Notes: generated by a model not told the origin, from the letters alone. DNA of 64,000 nt from Tubiluchus corallicola (GCA_030141605.1 JAQGDQ010000519.1:62001-126000), one strand, 5' to 3'; positions 50,761 to 63,737 are shown, counted from the stretch's first letter. Numbers and translations: made by a program.

Positions 50761-51477
50761 AATACCTTTGATGTATGATTGCAGGCAGAGCATGTTTTTG
50801 TAAATATTTATCCATAAAGGGCACGATGAATCCTATACTATTTATGTGCAGATAACTGTTTTGTTACACGACCAATCTCACAACATGCTCACCGTTATGG
50901 TAAGCAAGATTCTGTATGTTTTGGGTAAATTTATTTTTACAACAACCGAAACATTTTTTTGTGGGGTATCGGTGTACCTTTCTGAAGCAGATAAATTATT
51001 CAGCCCTACCAACTCTCACACATCAGGCCATTAGGCGTGTATTACGTGTGCATTTTAAGTATTTTACATGCGCACATTCATCAAATTTTAGTTCTCACGC
51101 ATTCCACAAGTTTGCAAAATCGTCTGGCTGCTTTTGACATTTATGTTCTAATAATAGTTGTAAAAAAGTAACAGATGGTGCTTCTCATCAACATCTAATA
51201 TATAATTGAAATATACGTTTAACATTGTAAAATTAATAAAATTTGGTTTGCAATGTAATAATAAGGCTGGGGTGCTAATCTATGGACTAACAATATTCAT
51301 GCCTGACTGTTTTTGCACGTAACATAGTACATATCGTTCATCATGTATAATTCATTATTTTCTGGACTATATAAATACTTGCATTTCCTCTGTAGTTAAG
51401 CTTATAGCCTGCCAGTTGTTTAGGTAGGAAATATCCATAGCTTCAGCGTCCAAGAAAAATAAGGTTCATTTACGAGT

Positions 51478-51801
51478 GTAAATAAATTGTTTGTGCTCAT
51501 TTTAGTAAATAAATTGTTTGTGCTCATTTTAGTAAATAAATTGTTTGTGCTCATATTAGTAAATAAATTGTTTGTGCTTATATTAGTAAATAAATTGTAT
51601 GTGCTCATTTTAGTAAATAAATTGTTTGTGCTTATATTAGTAAATAAATTGTTTGTGCTTATATTAGTAAATAAATTGTTTGTGCTCATATTAATAAATA
51701 AATTGTTTGTGCTTGTATTAGTAAATAAATTATTTGTGCTCATGTTAGTAAATAAATTGTTTGTGCTTGTATTAGTAAATAAATTGTTTGTGCTTGTATT
51801 A
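51478..51801. repeat. Minisatellite, 30-bp unit, about 11 copies
   Basis: Unit GTAAATAAATTGTTTGTGCTCATATTA with variants. Confidence 0.95.
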
Positions 51802-51809
51802 GCTTAAAC

Positions 51810-52932
51810 ATGACATCACGTCATTTAACACTTATGCATGTAGATGATGTACGTTGATTGGCTCTGACCACTTCGGGACTTCAGTAGCTTATCAATGTTT
51901 ATAGTAATTTTGCAATTAAACATAAAATTATTGCAAACATGGATAAAACTAAAATTTTATCCATAAAACCAACTTGTACGAGACACTTAGAAACGGGTGA
52001 CGTTTATTTAAATAATGTACTATTAAAAATATGAAAGAAGAGAAATATTTTGCCTACATATTTGATTATGAAAATAAGGATGACTGTGATATAGATAGAC
52101 AGCGAGCTTTATTTTACATAAGGTCAAACAAATTGATAAGAAAATTTTCAAAATGTAGCTCAAACGTAAAAAAGAAACTTTTTATACCACATTGTTCAAA
52201 CTTTTACTGTGCATCTCTATGGCACCCTGTTTTTGATTATAGTTTTGATCACATAAAAATTGCATACAATGAAGCTATCCACAAGTTATTTCAACTACAG
52301 TATGACTGCTCTGACGGGGGAGTGTGTGTTCACCTTAACATACTATGTTTTAACGCCATAATCTGAAAATGTATTTATTCATTTAAAAACATGCTGTATA
52401 AAAGTTGCAATACTTTGGAACTGTGACTGCAGATATCAATCTAAAATTCACCAACACTGGCTGAAAATTTTATATGTATCAAACAGGCTATTATGATTTT
52501 ATTATATATTTATTACAGACTTTTTAATGTATTTACATACTGTAAATTATGTAATGTAATACGTGTTATGTTAGTTTTCTAATGTCAAATGTATAAATAG
52601 TGTAAATGTAATGAGTGAAATTTATGTAATGTAAAGCATGTTTCTGTTAATAGTGTCATGTCAAAAGTATATATAGTGTAAAATTTGTCATGTAAAATTA
52701 AATGTACTTTTGTAATATTGTTTTGTAAAAATATTTTAATAAGGTGTTTGTAAATATGTTCATTTATTGTATATAATTAGGCCTTAGTTTTGCACTTTAG
52801 TTTTTTTAGTCTGCACTGGATGCATTTGTCTTGAACAGTGTTGTTATTTTAACATTACGCTGAGGCTTACTCAATTTTATTATAATGAGTGAACCATTTG
52901 AATGACAAATAAAGAATTAATAATAATAATAA
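51810..52932 (+). pseudogene. LINE reverse transcriptase remnant with 3' UTR and (AAT)n tail
   Basis: Decayed YADD-like region near 51830-51850, LQ*LIN...NMDKTKIL, and IDRQ..FYIRSNKLIRKFSKCSSNVKKKLF..HCSNFYCASLW. The AT-rich tail ends AATAAA followed by (AAT)n. Confidence 0.7.
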
Positions 52933-53345
52933 TTGTTCTTTGTATTACTTTTAAACTATCTATGTTTTATTGTATATAATGCAAGTGAAATGCTCCAGCG
53001 GGATATAGCAGTATATTGTAGAGGGATTTACACAATTTTTTGTGTAATGCTTTTCTTTATATATTTTTAACACTTGTTTTGTATAGAAGAAATTCTGAAA
53101 TAAAGGTTTAAATTCAAATTCTATATAGTGATTACTATCCTAAATTTGCCAATTAGTAGAATTGTGCACACTGTATGCATAATTGTTGCGGGCAGATTTG
53201 AATAAGTACAGTATCATTTTCCTAGCGACATCATTACTAAAATTTTCATTTTTTTTCAGAATGACGGCATGCCCTTGCAGTGACAGTACAGACACCATAT
53301 GGCTCGTAATTGCAAAATCACTACTTTAATGTTTTAAATCCAGTC

Positions 53346-55124
53346 ATGTGGGTTTCACCGTCATTTGATGACAACAAAATTGACATTGATTTGCCGAAAG
53401 TGAAACGAAAACGGTCAAAATGTGATGCCATAGTTAATTCAGCTAAACACAAACTGAGCGCACATCATCTAAAGAAGACAAATTCTGAAATTTGGTCAGA
53501 CAAACATGCACCTGGCACAGTCGATGAGCTGGCAGTACATAAAAAGAAGGTCGAAGAAGTATCAACCTGGCTGAAATCCCAATGTTTACCCCTTGGCCAA
53601 AAACGACCTGCCATGCTGCTTCTGCAAGGTCCTCCTGGCACTGGTAAGAGCACCACATTAAGGACATTAGCCTCTGAGATGGGACTTGAAATCAGAGAAT
53701 GGATAAATCCATTAACGTTTGACTATCACGCAAACGATAAATCTTCAGCATTTCGTTACGAATCTCAAGTTACACTATTCCAAGACTTCCTACTTCGTGC
53801 TAATAAATATCCTTCCTTACAGCTTTCCACACATACCCGACTCGCAGAAAAAATCGTGCTTGTCGAAGATTTTCCAAACACTTTTTTTCGAGACGCTGCT
53901 GCTTTTCACAATGTCCTTAGGAAGTATGGTTCTGGGCGTAGTCCGCTTGTATTTATAGTGAGTGATAGTTTGAGCGGTGATTCAAATGCGCTGAGGCTGT
54001 TTCCTCCAGCACTAGTAGAAGAACTTGGCATCCGTTCCATTACATTTAATCCGATTACGGTGCCAAACATGGTAAAAGTGATGAAGAGAATATGTGCCAT
54101 TGAAGTAAATGGAGGGACAAATGTTCTCACAGACAACGATTTGGAGTCCATAGCTCACAGCAGCTTAGGAGACATTCGGGCAGCTGTGAATTCATTGCAG
54201 TTTGTTATGTTAAACAATGAAAATGTGGCAACCTCTTGTGAGCTGCAAAATAACAACTTCAAAAAAGAGACAAAATCTAGAAATTTCAGAAATAAATCGT
54301 CAAAGGCAGATAGGAAGCATCTTCCTAAGAAAACGCCATTCGCAGATAAATCATTCATGGGTATTGGTGCCAAAGATCAGGGGCTGTTTCTCTTTCGTGC
54401 TCTGGGAAGGATACTCTATTGCAAACGTGACTTGCCTGGAACTAAAGCAGATACTCCATCCCTTCCTCTACATCTGACGGAAAATGAACGGAGTCCTCTT
54501 CTGTACAATCCGGAGGACATTGTTGAACAAAGTCACCTCTCACCAGAGTTATTTACTTTGTACTTACAACAGAACTTCCTTCATTTCTGTCATGATCTCG
54601 GTTGTGCGGTCAGTGCTAGTTCATATTTCTCCGATGCCGATCTGCTTGCAGGTGACTGGTCGAACCGGACCGCGTTAGACGAGTATGCAGGGTGCGTTGG
54701 GACACGTGGCTTCATGTTCTCCAACTTGGGCACGAGCGAAAAACCTTCCTGGAAGCCTCTCCATAAGACTCAGTGGTTTGGTGCTCGCAGGAAAGCCCAG
54801 GAAAACATGCAGCAGGTTTGCTCACTGTTCCGGACTCTTTCCTGCACGCCACAAGAACTAGTCACCCAGCGGCTTTCTTATCGTGTCCTTAATAAACAGG
54901 CTGTGATAACCTCGCCACTTAGAACGTTACTTCAGCAGCTTACCTCCTTTAGAAAAGTTGCTGTATCAAGCGATAAACTTAGTGAAAAAGACGTAACAGT
55001 GCAAGACGAAGACGACGATCGCATTGGAAGTGTAATTACTGCTGAAGATGTAGGAAGTGAGTTAGATGTACGAATGGATCCAGATGAGGACGATGTAGTC
55101 ATTGAAGATTTTGATGAGTATTAG
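53346..55124 (+). CDS. RAD17: Cell cycle checkpoint clamp loader RAD17, single coding exon (592 aa from the ATG at 53346)
   Basis: N-terminal WVSPSFD, WSDKHAP..DELAVHKKKVEEV, Walker A GPPGTGKST, KYxxL motif (NKYPSL), Walker B LVEDFP, GDIRAAVNSLQF, FLFRALGRILYCKR and an acidic tail ending VIEDFDEY. Confidence 0.95.
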   Translation: MWVSPSFDDNKIDIDLPKVKRKRSKCDAIVNSAKHKLSAHHLKKTNSEIWSDKHAPGTVDELAVHKKKVEEVSTWLKSQCLPLGQKRPAMLLLQGPPGTGKSTTLRTLASEMGLEIREWINPLTFDYHANDKSSAFRYESQVTLFQDFLLRANKYPSLQLSTHTRLAEKIVLVEDFPNTFFRDAAAFHNVLRKYGSGRSPLVFIVSDSLSGDSNALRLFPPALVEELGIRSITFNPITVPNMVKVMKRICAIEVNGGTNVLTDNDLESIAHSSLGDIRAAVNSLQFVMLNNENVATSCELQNNNFKKETKSRNFRNKSSKADRKHLPKKTPFADKSFMGIGAKDQGLFLFRALGRILYCKRDLPGTKADTPSLPLHLTENERSPLLYNPEDIVEQSHLSPELFTLYLQQNFLHFCHDLGCAVSASSYFSDADLLAGDWSNRTALDEYAGCVGTRGFMFSNLGTSEKPSWKPLHKTQWFGARRKAQENMQQVCSLFRTLSCTPQELVTQRLSYRVLNKQAVITSPLRTLLQQLTSFRKVAVSSDKLSEKDVTVQDEDDDRIGSVITAEDVGSELDVRMDPDEDDVVIEDFDEY

Positions 55125-56577
55125 CATTTTTAGAGTTCACAACAAATTCAAAGTACATAAAAATCTGTAGCTGGATTCAGTTATTAATGATTGGCTAAAC
55201 CGGTTCTGTAATCAGAGAGCGCCATCTGATTTTATTATTCAGTTCAGGAAACACTCATAAATTCACCATCCATCATCCAAAGTATTATAGATGTGAATTT
55301 ATAATAAAATTTTCTGTATTATATATACATTCGTTGCAATATTAGCGTCATCTGATTTTACTATTCAGGACAGGAAACACTGAAATTCACCAGGCACCAT
55401 TCAAAGTATCATAACTGTGAGTTTGTAATAAAAATCTTCCGATTGACACATACATTAGTTGCAGTAATATTTCAGTTCACTCAAAGTTTGGCAAAAGTAT
55501 TTGCGCACTAACTGGAATGTGTCCAATTGGGTTGGGCTCGGGGAAATGTGTGAGTTAAACAATAATAGCTTTACTGATGGATGTCATCAATCACTGTATC
55601 TGTTGTTCACTTATTGTGGAAACTATTTTTGTGCATTCAAATTTACTCCTATAAAGCTTTATAGTAGTACTTCATAATAGCTGTTTATTAAAGAAGAATT
55701 CACTGCATGAAACAATTGCAAGAAATTTCACTTATTTTTTGTGTCATGCTGTAATTTTGCCACGATGTCGCATTCAGAACTAAAACTGTCTAGTCTTTGT
55801 CTTGTCTTTTTTTAAGTCTTTTTTTGGTCAATAATCTTTAATTGCTAATCGCTGCATGAAGTAATACACTTGCATAATTGTTTATGTATAGTTCTATATT
55901 GTTCATATAAAAAACATTACATTTTTGTCGGAGGAACTATAGCAGCACATTATTTTTCTGTGGCGAGAATGTTGCCTAAACCAATTAACACATAAATGTC
56001 ACAATAAGAGCTCGCTGTTTATAATTAATGTCCAAGTTCTGCATTTCGTATTCATATATTTAATTCTAAACTGATTTTACATATTAATCTATTAAAATAC
56101 TTTTTCGACGCTAAAGTAAGACCTAACAGGCCTGCATAAAATACTATAAAGATAATCATTATTGAAACAAGTCACAATAGCTATTCCATTGAAAACGGCA
56201 AAATGTATAAACCAGCGACTATATCTGATCATGTGCACTAGATGCCTATATTCATGAGAAGATTTAATCAACTAGACCCCCTTCGGTTGATCTACTTGTC
56301 TCCTTTAGAAGTTTACAATTATTTCACTATTTTCATTATACTAGCTTACTAATTACCTGCTTGTTATGCCTGCCTGCTATATTAACATTAATAATGTATT
56401 TACATTTATATTAACATTTATCATAACTTTATTCAGCTTATTTTGTTGACTTGGATTTTAAAACCAATGTAGGTACACCTAGGCTGAAAGAATCACAGTT
56501 TATAGCATAATACTGATAAGTCGTTTTTAGTAAAGCCTTGATGGTTCTCGGGATTTATACCTATTTCTAAGTATGCT

Positions 56578-56972
56578 AACAAAACTCTACTCTAACAGAA
56601 TTCATCAGGTTAAAGGCGTGGTTTATATAGGCACCTACAATTAACAAAACTGTACTCTAACAGAATTCATCAGGTTAAAGGCGTGGTTTATATAGGCGCC
56701 TACAATTAACAAAGCTCTACTCTAACAGAATTCATCAGGTTAAAGGTGTGGTTTATATAGGCGCCTACAATTAACAAAACTCTACTCTAACAGAATTCAT
56801 CAGGTTAAAGGCGTGGTTCATATAGGCGCCTACAATTAACAAAACTCTACTCTAACAGAATTCATCAGGTTAAAGGCGTGGTTCATATAGGCGCCTACAA
56901 TTAACAAAGCTCTACTCTAACAGAATTCATCAGGTTAAAGGCGTGGTTCATATAGGCACCTGCAATTAACAA
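56578..56972. repeat. Minisatellite, 65-bp unit, 6 copies
   Basis: Unit AACAAAACTCTACTCTAACAGAATTCATCAGGTTAAAGGCGTGGTTTATATAGGCGCCTACAATT. Confidence 0.96.
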
Positions 56973-57014
56973 ATCGATTGGTTGCTAAAAGAATATGGTG
57001 TATTTTGGAAAAAA

Positions 57015-57246
57015 CTACTTTTCAAGACAGATATTACAGGCCAGCCTGCAGTTTTTCAACATGATCCCGGGAAACACATCGCAATATCCGTTTCTTGCCC
57101 AATGTTCACAGTCAACGTTGTGATTTTTGCAACCTGCAATAACAAAAATACGAAATTATAATTCTTTAAATTTTAGTGAAACAGATACAGGTAATGAAGA
57201 AGCTTCCCCCCTCTCTTTCTGTGTCTCTCTCTCTCTCCCCTTTTCC

Positions 57247-57279
<33 letters not shown>

Positions 57280-60200
57280 TGCGTGCGTGTGTGTTCGTGT
57301 CTTGCTCTATCTCTCTCTCCTTTCTGTCTTTCTCTCGCCCATCTCTCTCTCCCCTCTTCCACTGTTTTCCCCCCCTCTCTCTCTTCATCCATCTCTTTCT
57401 CACTCTGTTCTTCTCCCACTGCTTTTCCCTCTCTCTTGTTCTCCTGTATCTTTTACTCTGTTTCTCTCTCACTCTTCCTCTTGTTCATCCTCCCCTTCCA
57501 CTTCATTTACTTATGTGACTATTGCGTAGCTTTATTTATGTTGAACTTACCTCCAGGTACTCCACATACTCTGCATGACTTTTGGCAAGATTCTAGCATA
57601 AAACTGGGATTTTTTGTGCAGTAGCCTTGCTTCACCCAAATTTCACAATCATTGACATCATCCTTGCATTCTGAAACGAGATACATTTCGTAGACAGTTC
57701 GCTTCACTGAGTCACTCATCAGAATTTAATTAATTGTGGTTGGCACCATCATCCATAATAACCTTATTATTAAAACTGTAATAATTAACTCATTTAAGTG
57801 ATTAATTTTGATCTGTAAATTAATCAAAATAAAAAATCAATCTACTTAGAATCATTCTAATGTGACAGATACAACACTGGAACACGTGTAAGAGATGAAT
57901 TCGATCTGCATTGATCACTGTATCGATTACTATTATTGCAAGGAATCATGGTGATTTAAGAAGTCTGCTTTGTGAACAGGGGTCCTTGGTTCAAATCCGG
58001 GTTTTATTCCAACTTTTTACATTTCTTGTCTTTCATGTTTGGTATCTAATTTAATTAATGGTGGATTTTTTTCAACGTGGTACCAATACAAGAACTGCTT
58101 ATTACAAAATTGTGGTAAGATCTTTGTGGCAAGCTGACGTTTACGTAGCATCCGGACGCATGCGCGTTTTCAACTGCGGGAAAAGGATAACGCATGCGCA
58201 GGCTGCATTGAAAACAATAAACCGATTTTTCATTTTAGAATCCTGCCTGACCAATGTCTACAATAGACGTGACGGGCGTATGATGATGATGATGATGATG
58301 ATATCTATTCCGCACCCCCTGCAAACGCTCACGCGATTCGGTAATGATCTGCTACAATGTGAAAAACCCACAAGAAAGCTTACCGTTCTGTTCGGCGCAA
58401 AATTTGCATGACATGCCACAGTGATCTGACATGAAATCACGAGCTACAGAGCAGTAACCCTCACCAGCCCAACGCTCACAATTACTATCGTAATCTCCAC
58501 ATTCTGTAATGGAATGAGATAAAACGTTAAAAGAAAACAAAGCTACTATAAAAACATGCATGCACAAGTAGATACGTATGTTCAAGTGCCTCACATTCTC
58601 CTTCAGCGAGAAAAATATTCAGCGGTTTGGGGGTGGCAGTCAATTTTGCTTACCGTTTTACCCATACGTGCGCTCACCCCAACTGTTAAATTAGCTATGT
58701 CCCTCGCCCGCATTCCCGTAATAGTAAGTAAGATAAATAGTGATTATTACTACATACATTAAGTAATGCATTTCAGTGAATTTATGATAAGTAACGCCTT
58801 GATGGCAACAAGTGAAATAAATAAAGAACTTTTATTTTACATATAACAAGACATACACATTGTAGTCAGTTGACAAATAAATATTTAAATAGTGTGAGGA
58901 AAGGGAACGACCATACAGCCTTTTCCTCGATAAAAGTACTTCTAAATAATTAACCTTTATTTTTCTCTTTGTTAATATTTTATTATTATGAATCTATCAA
59001 CTATGCACTTAAGTGTTTTATGCACGTGTGGTCATCTTCTTTCTTGTCTATATAAATTTTGTGCGTTTTATTATTAATGATTTTAATCGTCAAAATCAAT
59101 ACGCCTGAAAATTCTGGAAATGACTACTAGTATCTGTATCCAGGTGTTAACCAAAATTAATCCATATATCTCAAAGTCACCAAAAAACAATATGACACTT
59201 TCTAATTGTTCAGGATAATATTTCCTCATGAAAAATTTGCCTTTTATATGTTGAGATCAAACATGTAAATGTCTTTTTTACTCTTCTTTATTCAAGGCAA
59301 TTCGCAAGTTCGCTGTTTTACAAAATAGTATAATTATTTTATTTTCTGTTTGTAATTTAGGCTTCTATACTATTTAAAATTTGATTAAAGGAGTTACTGG
59401 GAAAAAACTAAAATAAAAACACCATAATATTGTACTCGTAATAGCTTTGTTACTGCCCACAATGGTGATTAAAATTATTTCACTTTATATAGGGGAAGGG
59501 AGCAAAAGACCGCATGGTCGCTCCCTTTCCCCACACTACTTAAATATTTACTTGTTAACTGACTACAATCTGTATGTCTTGTTATATGTAAAATAAAAGT
59601 TCTTTATTTATTTCACTTATTGCCATCAAGGTGTTACTGATCATAAATTCACGTAAATGCATTACTTAATGTATGTAGTAATAATTACTATTTAACTTAC
59701 TTACTATTACCGGAATGCGGGCGAGGACATAGCTAATTTAACACTCGGGGTGAGCGCACGCATGGGTAAAACGGTAAGCAAAATTGATTGCCACCTACAT
59801 GAGTTTGTATTTTTATTGTTTTTTTGTGGATAGATGGCGCCAGCTGGTAAACCATAAGCAACAAAATCCATTGCTTTATCATATTATTATTTTACATTTT
59901 AAATAAAAACGACCCCCACCCCCAAAAAAACCGCTGAATATTTTTCTCGCTGAAGGAGAATGCGAGGCACTTGAACATACGTATCTACTTGTTCTTTATC
60001 TCATTTTAAGCACTTATCCTTGATAGCTAGCTTGTAGTTATGCCAAAAACCTACCATTCATACCAACGTAAAATGTTGACCCAGTATTCACGACTTCACG
60101 ACAAAAGCTCGTGATTTATAGGTTCGTCGAAACCATCGTATATTTAGATGGTTGTGGCGGGCTGGAATTTATTTTAGTACATGTATCTATAAGTCCTCTA

Positions 60201-62404
60201 AGGCAATGGGTCAGAAAACGTGTCCCAGCCACGTTCTAATACGTACACACCTTCCAGTATTAGCCATGCCCCATTCGACATACGCAGCACCTCAGTATGA
60301 GCTAATATAATTTGCAATTGTCCCCAGATTCTCATCACAATGGCCTTTAGTCATAACCTACAGTAACAAGGACCCATGCGTGAAAACCTAGGCGCGGTTT
60401 CTGGCGCAGTCGAGAACGCTTCGTAAGTAAACTAGTCTGCTTGCACATGTGTTTTTCGTGTAACTTATCCACGTTGTTTGTACATATATACAATAAACGT
60501 GTAAAGGCAATTAGTAGAACGGAGCTGATTTGTGCAATGGAGACTCCTCGTACTAAACGGCGTAATTTTATAGCAAAATAATTTCGTGAGAGGATCCAAT
60601 TTATGTCTTGGTTGCTTGCAAACAATTGCTTTTTTAAATAAAGAATTATAACAAAAGGTTACTCCTAAAGACTGCACTGACTAGTTTTGGAGTTGGTCGT
60701 ACGGCAAGATTTGGTGTGAGCCTACGCAAGAACCGCAACAGGTTATTCTCACTGACTGTTTTGTTTCCAATAACATCAGTAAGATACAATAAACATTAAG
60801 CCTGGACGATATATTCAAACGAACACCTCGAAACACCTGGCAGTCATGGCTAACTTCGGTAGCTAAGCACACAAGTAACTGTTCGCCTATTATCTTCGCC
60901 CAAATGTGGCTATTACTTGTTACTAGGGGTGAGCATTCTCTACCGGAAAGCGAATTCGAATCGAACCGAATTTGTGACTTTCGAATTCGAATTGAACCGA
61001 AGTTCAGTGTTTCGAATTCGAACCGTATTCGAATTGAGATGGAAAGATTTTCGAACAAGTTTTCGAACCACCAGCAAAAATTAGTCTTACAAAGATCATG
61101 CGTATCACTAGATTTTGTTCTGCAATAAAACGACTAGCAATTTCTTTAAAATTGTGTGCAGAAATCACAGCTAAATTATGCTAATTGCATGATGTTTCAA
61201 TCGTTTTAGTGATAAAGAACACGTGTGATTGAGGTGCTGAATTATTCGAATCTATAGTTTTGGATTCGAATCGAGTTCGAACTAAAAAAAACTCGTTCGA
61301 TGCTCACCCCTAATTATTACTTACTTACCTCGGCACCTGACTTCATTTCTGTGCTCGTCCGGCCAAAACGGTGCGTCAGTGAATTCTTGGCACGTTACAA
61401 ATCCGTCACCTGTTACACAAATCACACACCGTAACGAATTAGCAGTAATCTCAATAAGATTAGCATAGATATATTATAGCATTACTGATATTATGTTTTT
61501 ATTACAGCATTACTGATATTATGGCAGGTCTAAAACACATTTCTTTGAAGCTTTTGTAAAAGAATTAAAAGTACAGCTTATAAAAATAAACAACTGTGTA
61601 TTTTATAGTTTATTAATCCACCTGCCTGTGTATTTTACCTCAGATCATCAAAAATCGCTCTGTAATTTTTTATATTATTAAGATATATTACGACTCCATT
61701 ACACATTCGCTTGCTTATGTCTAAGAATTATGCTTGTGTTATAACGTATATTTCAGTTGCCATTGTTATTATGTTTCTGTTATCAGATTTTTATTTCAGT
61801 TCTTGTTTCAGTTCAGTTTTATTTCAGTTATTTTCAGTTTGACTTTTTTATTATGCACTTATTATTATTACTGTGTATGAATTGTACTAACACGTTATAA
61901 GCATATGAATTTAATGTCATTCGTAACAATTAAATTTTTATTATAAGCAGTACTAACACTAATACACTGTAGCATAGCGCTTATAAAAAATGCTCATGAC
62001 TAACCAAAGCGCAGCTGTCTAGATGACCAATTGGTCTTTCGCTGCCCTTTCTTCACATTTTTGTTTCCAAATTAATTGTATTATAACCGTGCGTGTGTTA
62101 CAAGATAAATAAAAAGGTTATTATTATTATTAATCCTACCGTTTGTGTCTGCATCATTAAAACTTGACACTATTTGACTATTGTTGTTCTGCAGTGTGTA
62201 TATCACTTCAGTTAATGTCACTCTGCCGTCATTATTCAAATCAAACGTGGTGTGAATTATGAGCGTTCTGTTGTTTAACGCACTTTCATCCGTCGGCAAG
62301 AAAAATGGCTGAATATCTCGGCGTACAGAGGGAACTCCATTCCAACCACAAGAATCACAGATGACTACGAGAACTGCTGCAAACACTGCCAGCAAAGTTA
62401 TCAT
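57015..62404 (-). CDS. Secreted protein with an EF-hand pair and three ShK toxin-like domains (234 aa). Exons: 62140-62404, 61329-61409, 58384-58503, 57551-57670, 57015-57133
   Basis: Signal peptide MITLLAVFAAVLVVICDS. EF loops DLNNDGRVTLTE and DTNGDGFVTCQE, the second split by intron 1. Three 6-Cys ShK domains (C..C.W...GYC....M...C..C..C), one per exon. All introns are GT-AG and phase 1; stop TAG at 57015-57017. Confidence 0.87.
57205..57505. repeat. Compound (CT)n/(GT)n low-complexity tract
   Basis: Pyrimidine-rich intron sequence, directly visible. Confidence 0.9.
58564..59992. repeat. Long inverted repeat (arms about 350 bp plus an insert): a foldback element or two inverted copies of one element
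   Basis: 58564-58925 is reverse-complementary to about 59500-59992. The right arm carries an extra about 130 bp. Confidence 0.85.
60924..61312. mobile_element. hAT-like MITE with TTCGAA-rich subterminal repeats
   Basis: TIRs TAGGGGTGAGCAT/ATGCTCACCCCTA and a degenerate 8-bp TSD CTTGTTAC/ATTATTAC. Confidence 0.78.
61634..62131 (+). mobile_element. About 500-bp retroposon-like repeat with (ATT)n tail, copy 2
   Basis: Near-identical to 4109-4616; its tail ends a few bases from the exon 1 donor of the EF-hand/ShK gene. Confidence 0.75.
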
Positions 62405-63643
62405 TCTCTCGAAGATTTACATCATTGCAAAAGATTCCGAATTGCATGTGACAAAGTAACTTTGTACAGCTTGTCACTGTTTAGAGTTACAGGAAGTTTG
62501 CTCAGATCACAATGCCAGCCATTCTTTACTAATGTTATTTATTAAGCAAGCGAACGCAGCGTATTTTTCACCAGCACACGTTACAACAAACCAATCACGC
62601 CACGCTTGAGTTCACACTGCCCTTTGGCTAATTATGATCTGTTTGACGTAAAACTGAACACTCTTACTAGTTTTCGAAATTGTTAATTGTAGAAAAACTA
62701 GTTTCGATGATCACTAGTAATAATCACAATATTTCTCAAGCTACTTGAGCTGATAGGCACTTCAAGGTTGTAAAAGTTATTACAACGTATATGAATTATG
62801 AATTTATTCCACAGCAACTCAAACATACATATAAATTGTTATTACATTGAAAAAAAATAAACTATGCGAGTTACTGTGAGGAGAAGGAAGGAGCATTGAG
62901 CTTTCGAGTCCTCCTCCAGATAAGTGAAGCAATTGACAATTAACATTACATAACATTTTCATCAGTTATAGCGTACATTAGAACAAAGTAAGTTTTGTTG
63001 GTAACTTACGGTCAGAATGAGTGAAATTGTGAGTTAATTATACCGTTGTAGTAGGTAATTCCTTGATGCTTTTTTTAAATTGATAAAGATTAAGAGTTTT
63101 CATTTCACGCCGAATTGATGACCATATTTTGACAGCATTATATTTTGATGACTGTTTCATTATATTTGTTTTTGGAAGGGGGAGTACATAGTTTTCGACT
63201 GAATATCTTGTGTAATGATCATGTTGATTATTAGTATGATGTATAGTAAGTAAGTAAGTAACATCTTTATTGCCATACTAATATTGAAAATCATAAAACA
63301 TATTAAGATGCTCAGTCAGTGATAGTCAAGAAACATCAACTGCTGGAGGTCAGTGCAAAAACTAAAATACAGGAGTGAAAATAATAAGATGCAACTTTAA
63401 ACTTAAACTTTACATATTTTACATATTTACAAACTGACTATCAGTAAAATTAAGTCGTTTAATATGGCCTGGAGTAAATGAATTCAGCATTAGTGTGTAA
63501 GTTGTCATATTGGTAAGTTGCGTATTCAAATCTTGACGTCATTAATACTTTTGTTTTGGTTTTGAATGCGGTTAAAGATTTAAAACGTTTGATTTGCGAC
63601 TGCCAGTAAATTCCAGAGCCGGGCGGCGTTTTTTGCTATTGAA

Positions 63644-63737
63644 TTGTTTCCAAATTGATTGTTTGTTCTAGTTTGTTTCCAAATTGATTGTTTGTTCTCG
63701 TTTGTTTCCAAATTGATTGTTTGTTCTAGTTTGTTTC
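63644..63737. repeat. Short tandem repeat, about 29-bp unit, 3 copies
   Basis: TTGTTTCCAAATTGATTGTTTGTTCTAGT repeated. Confidence 0.88.

Noticed and set aside
53310-53345. TTG start given for RAD17 in the ORF track
   Set aside because: Eukaryotic gene. The ATG at 53346 precedes the conserved WVSPSFD motif and follows an acceptor-like site.
57127-57624. Hydrophobic 165-aa plus-strand ORF
   Set aside because: Translation of a CT/GT low-complexity intron, antisense to real ShK exons.
57945-58005. tRNA-like A/B box sequence (also about 1180-1240)
   Set aside because: No complete cloverleaf; at most a decayed SINE head.
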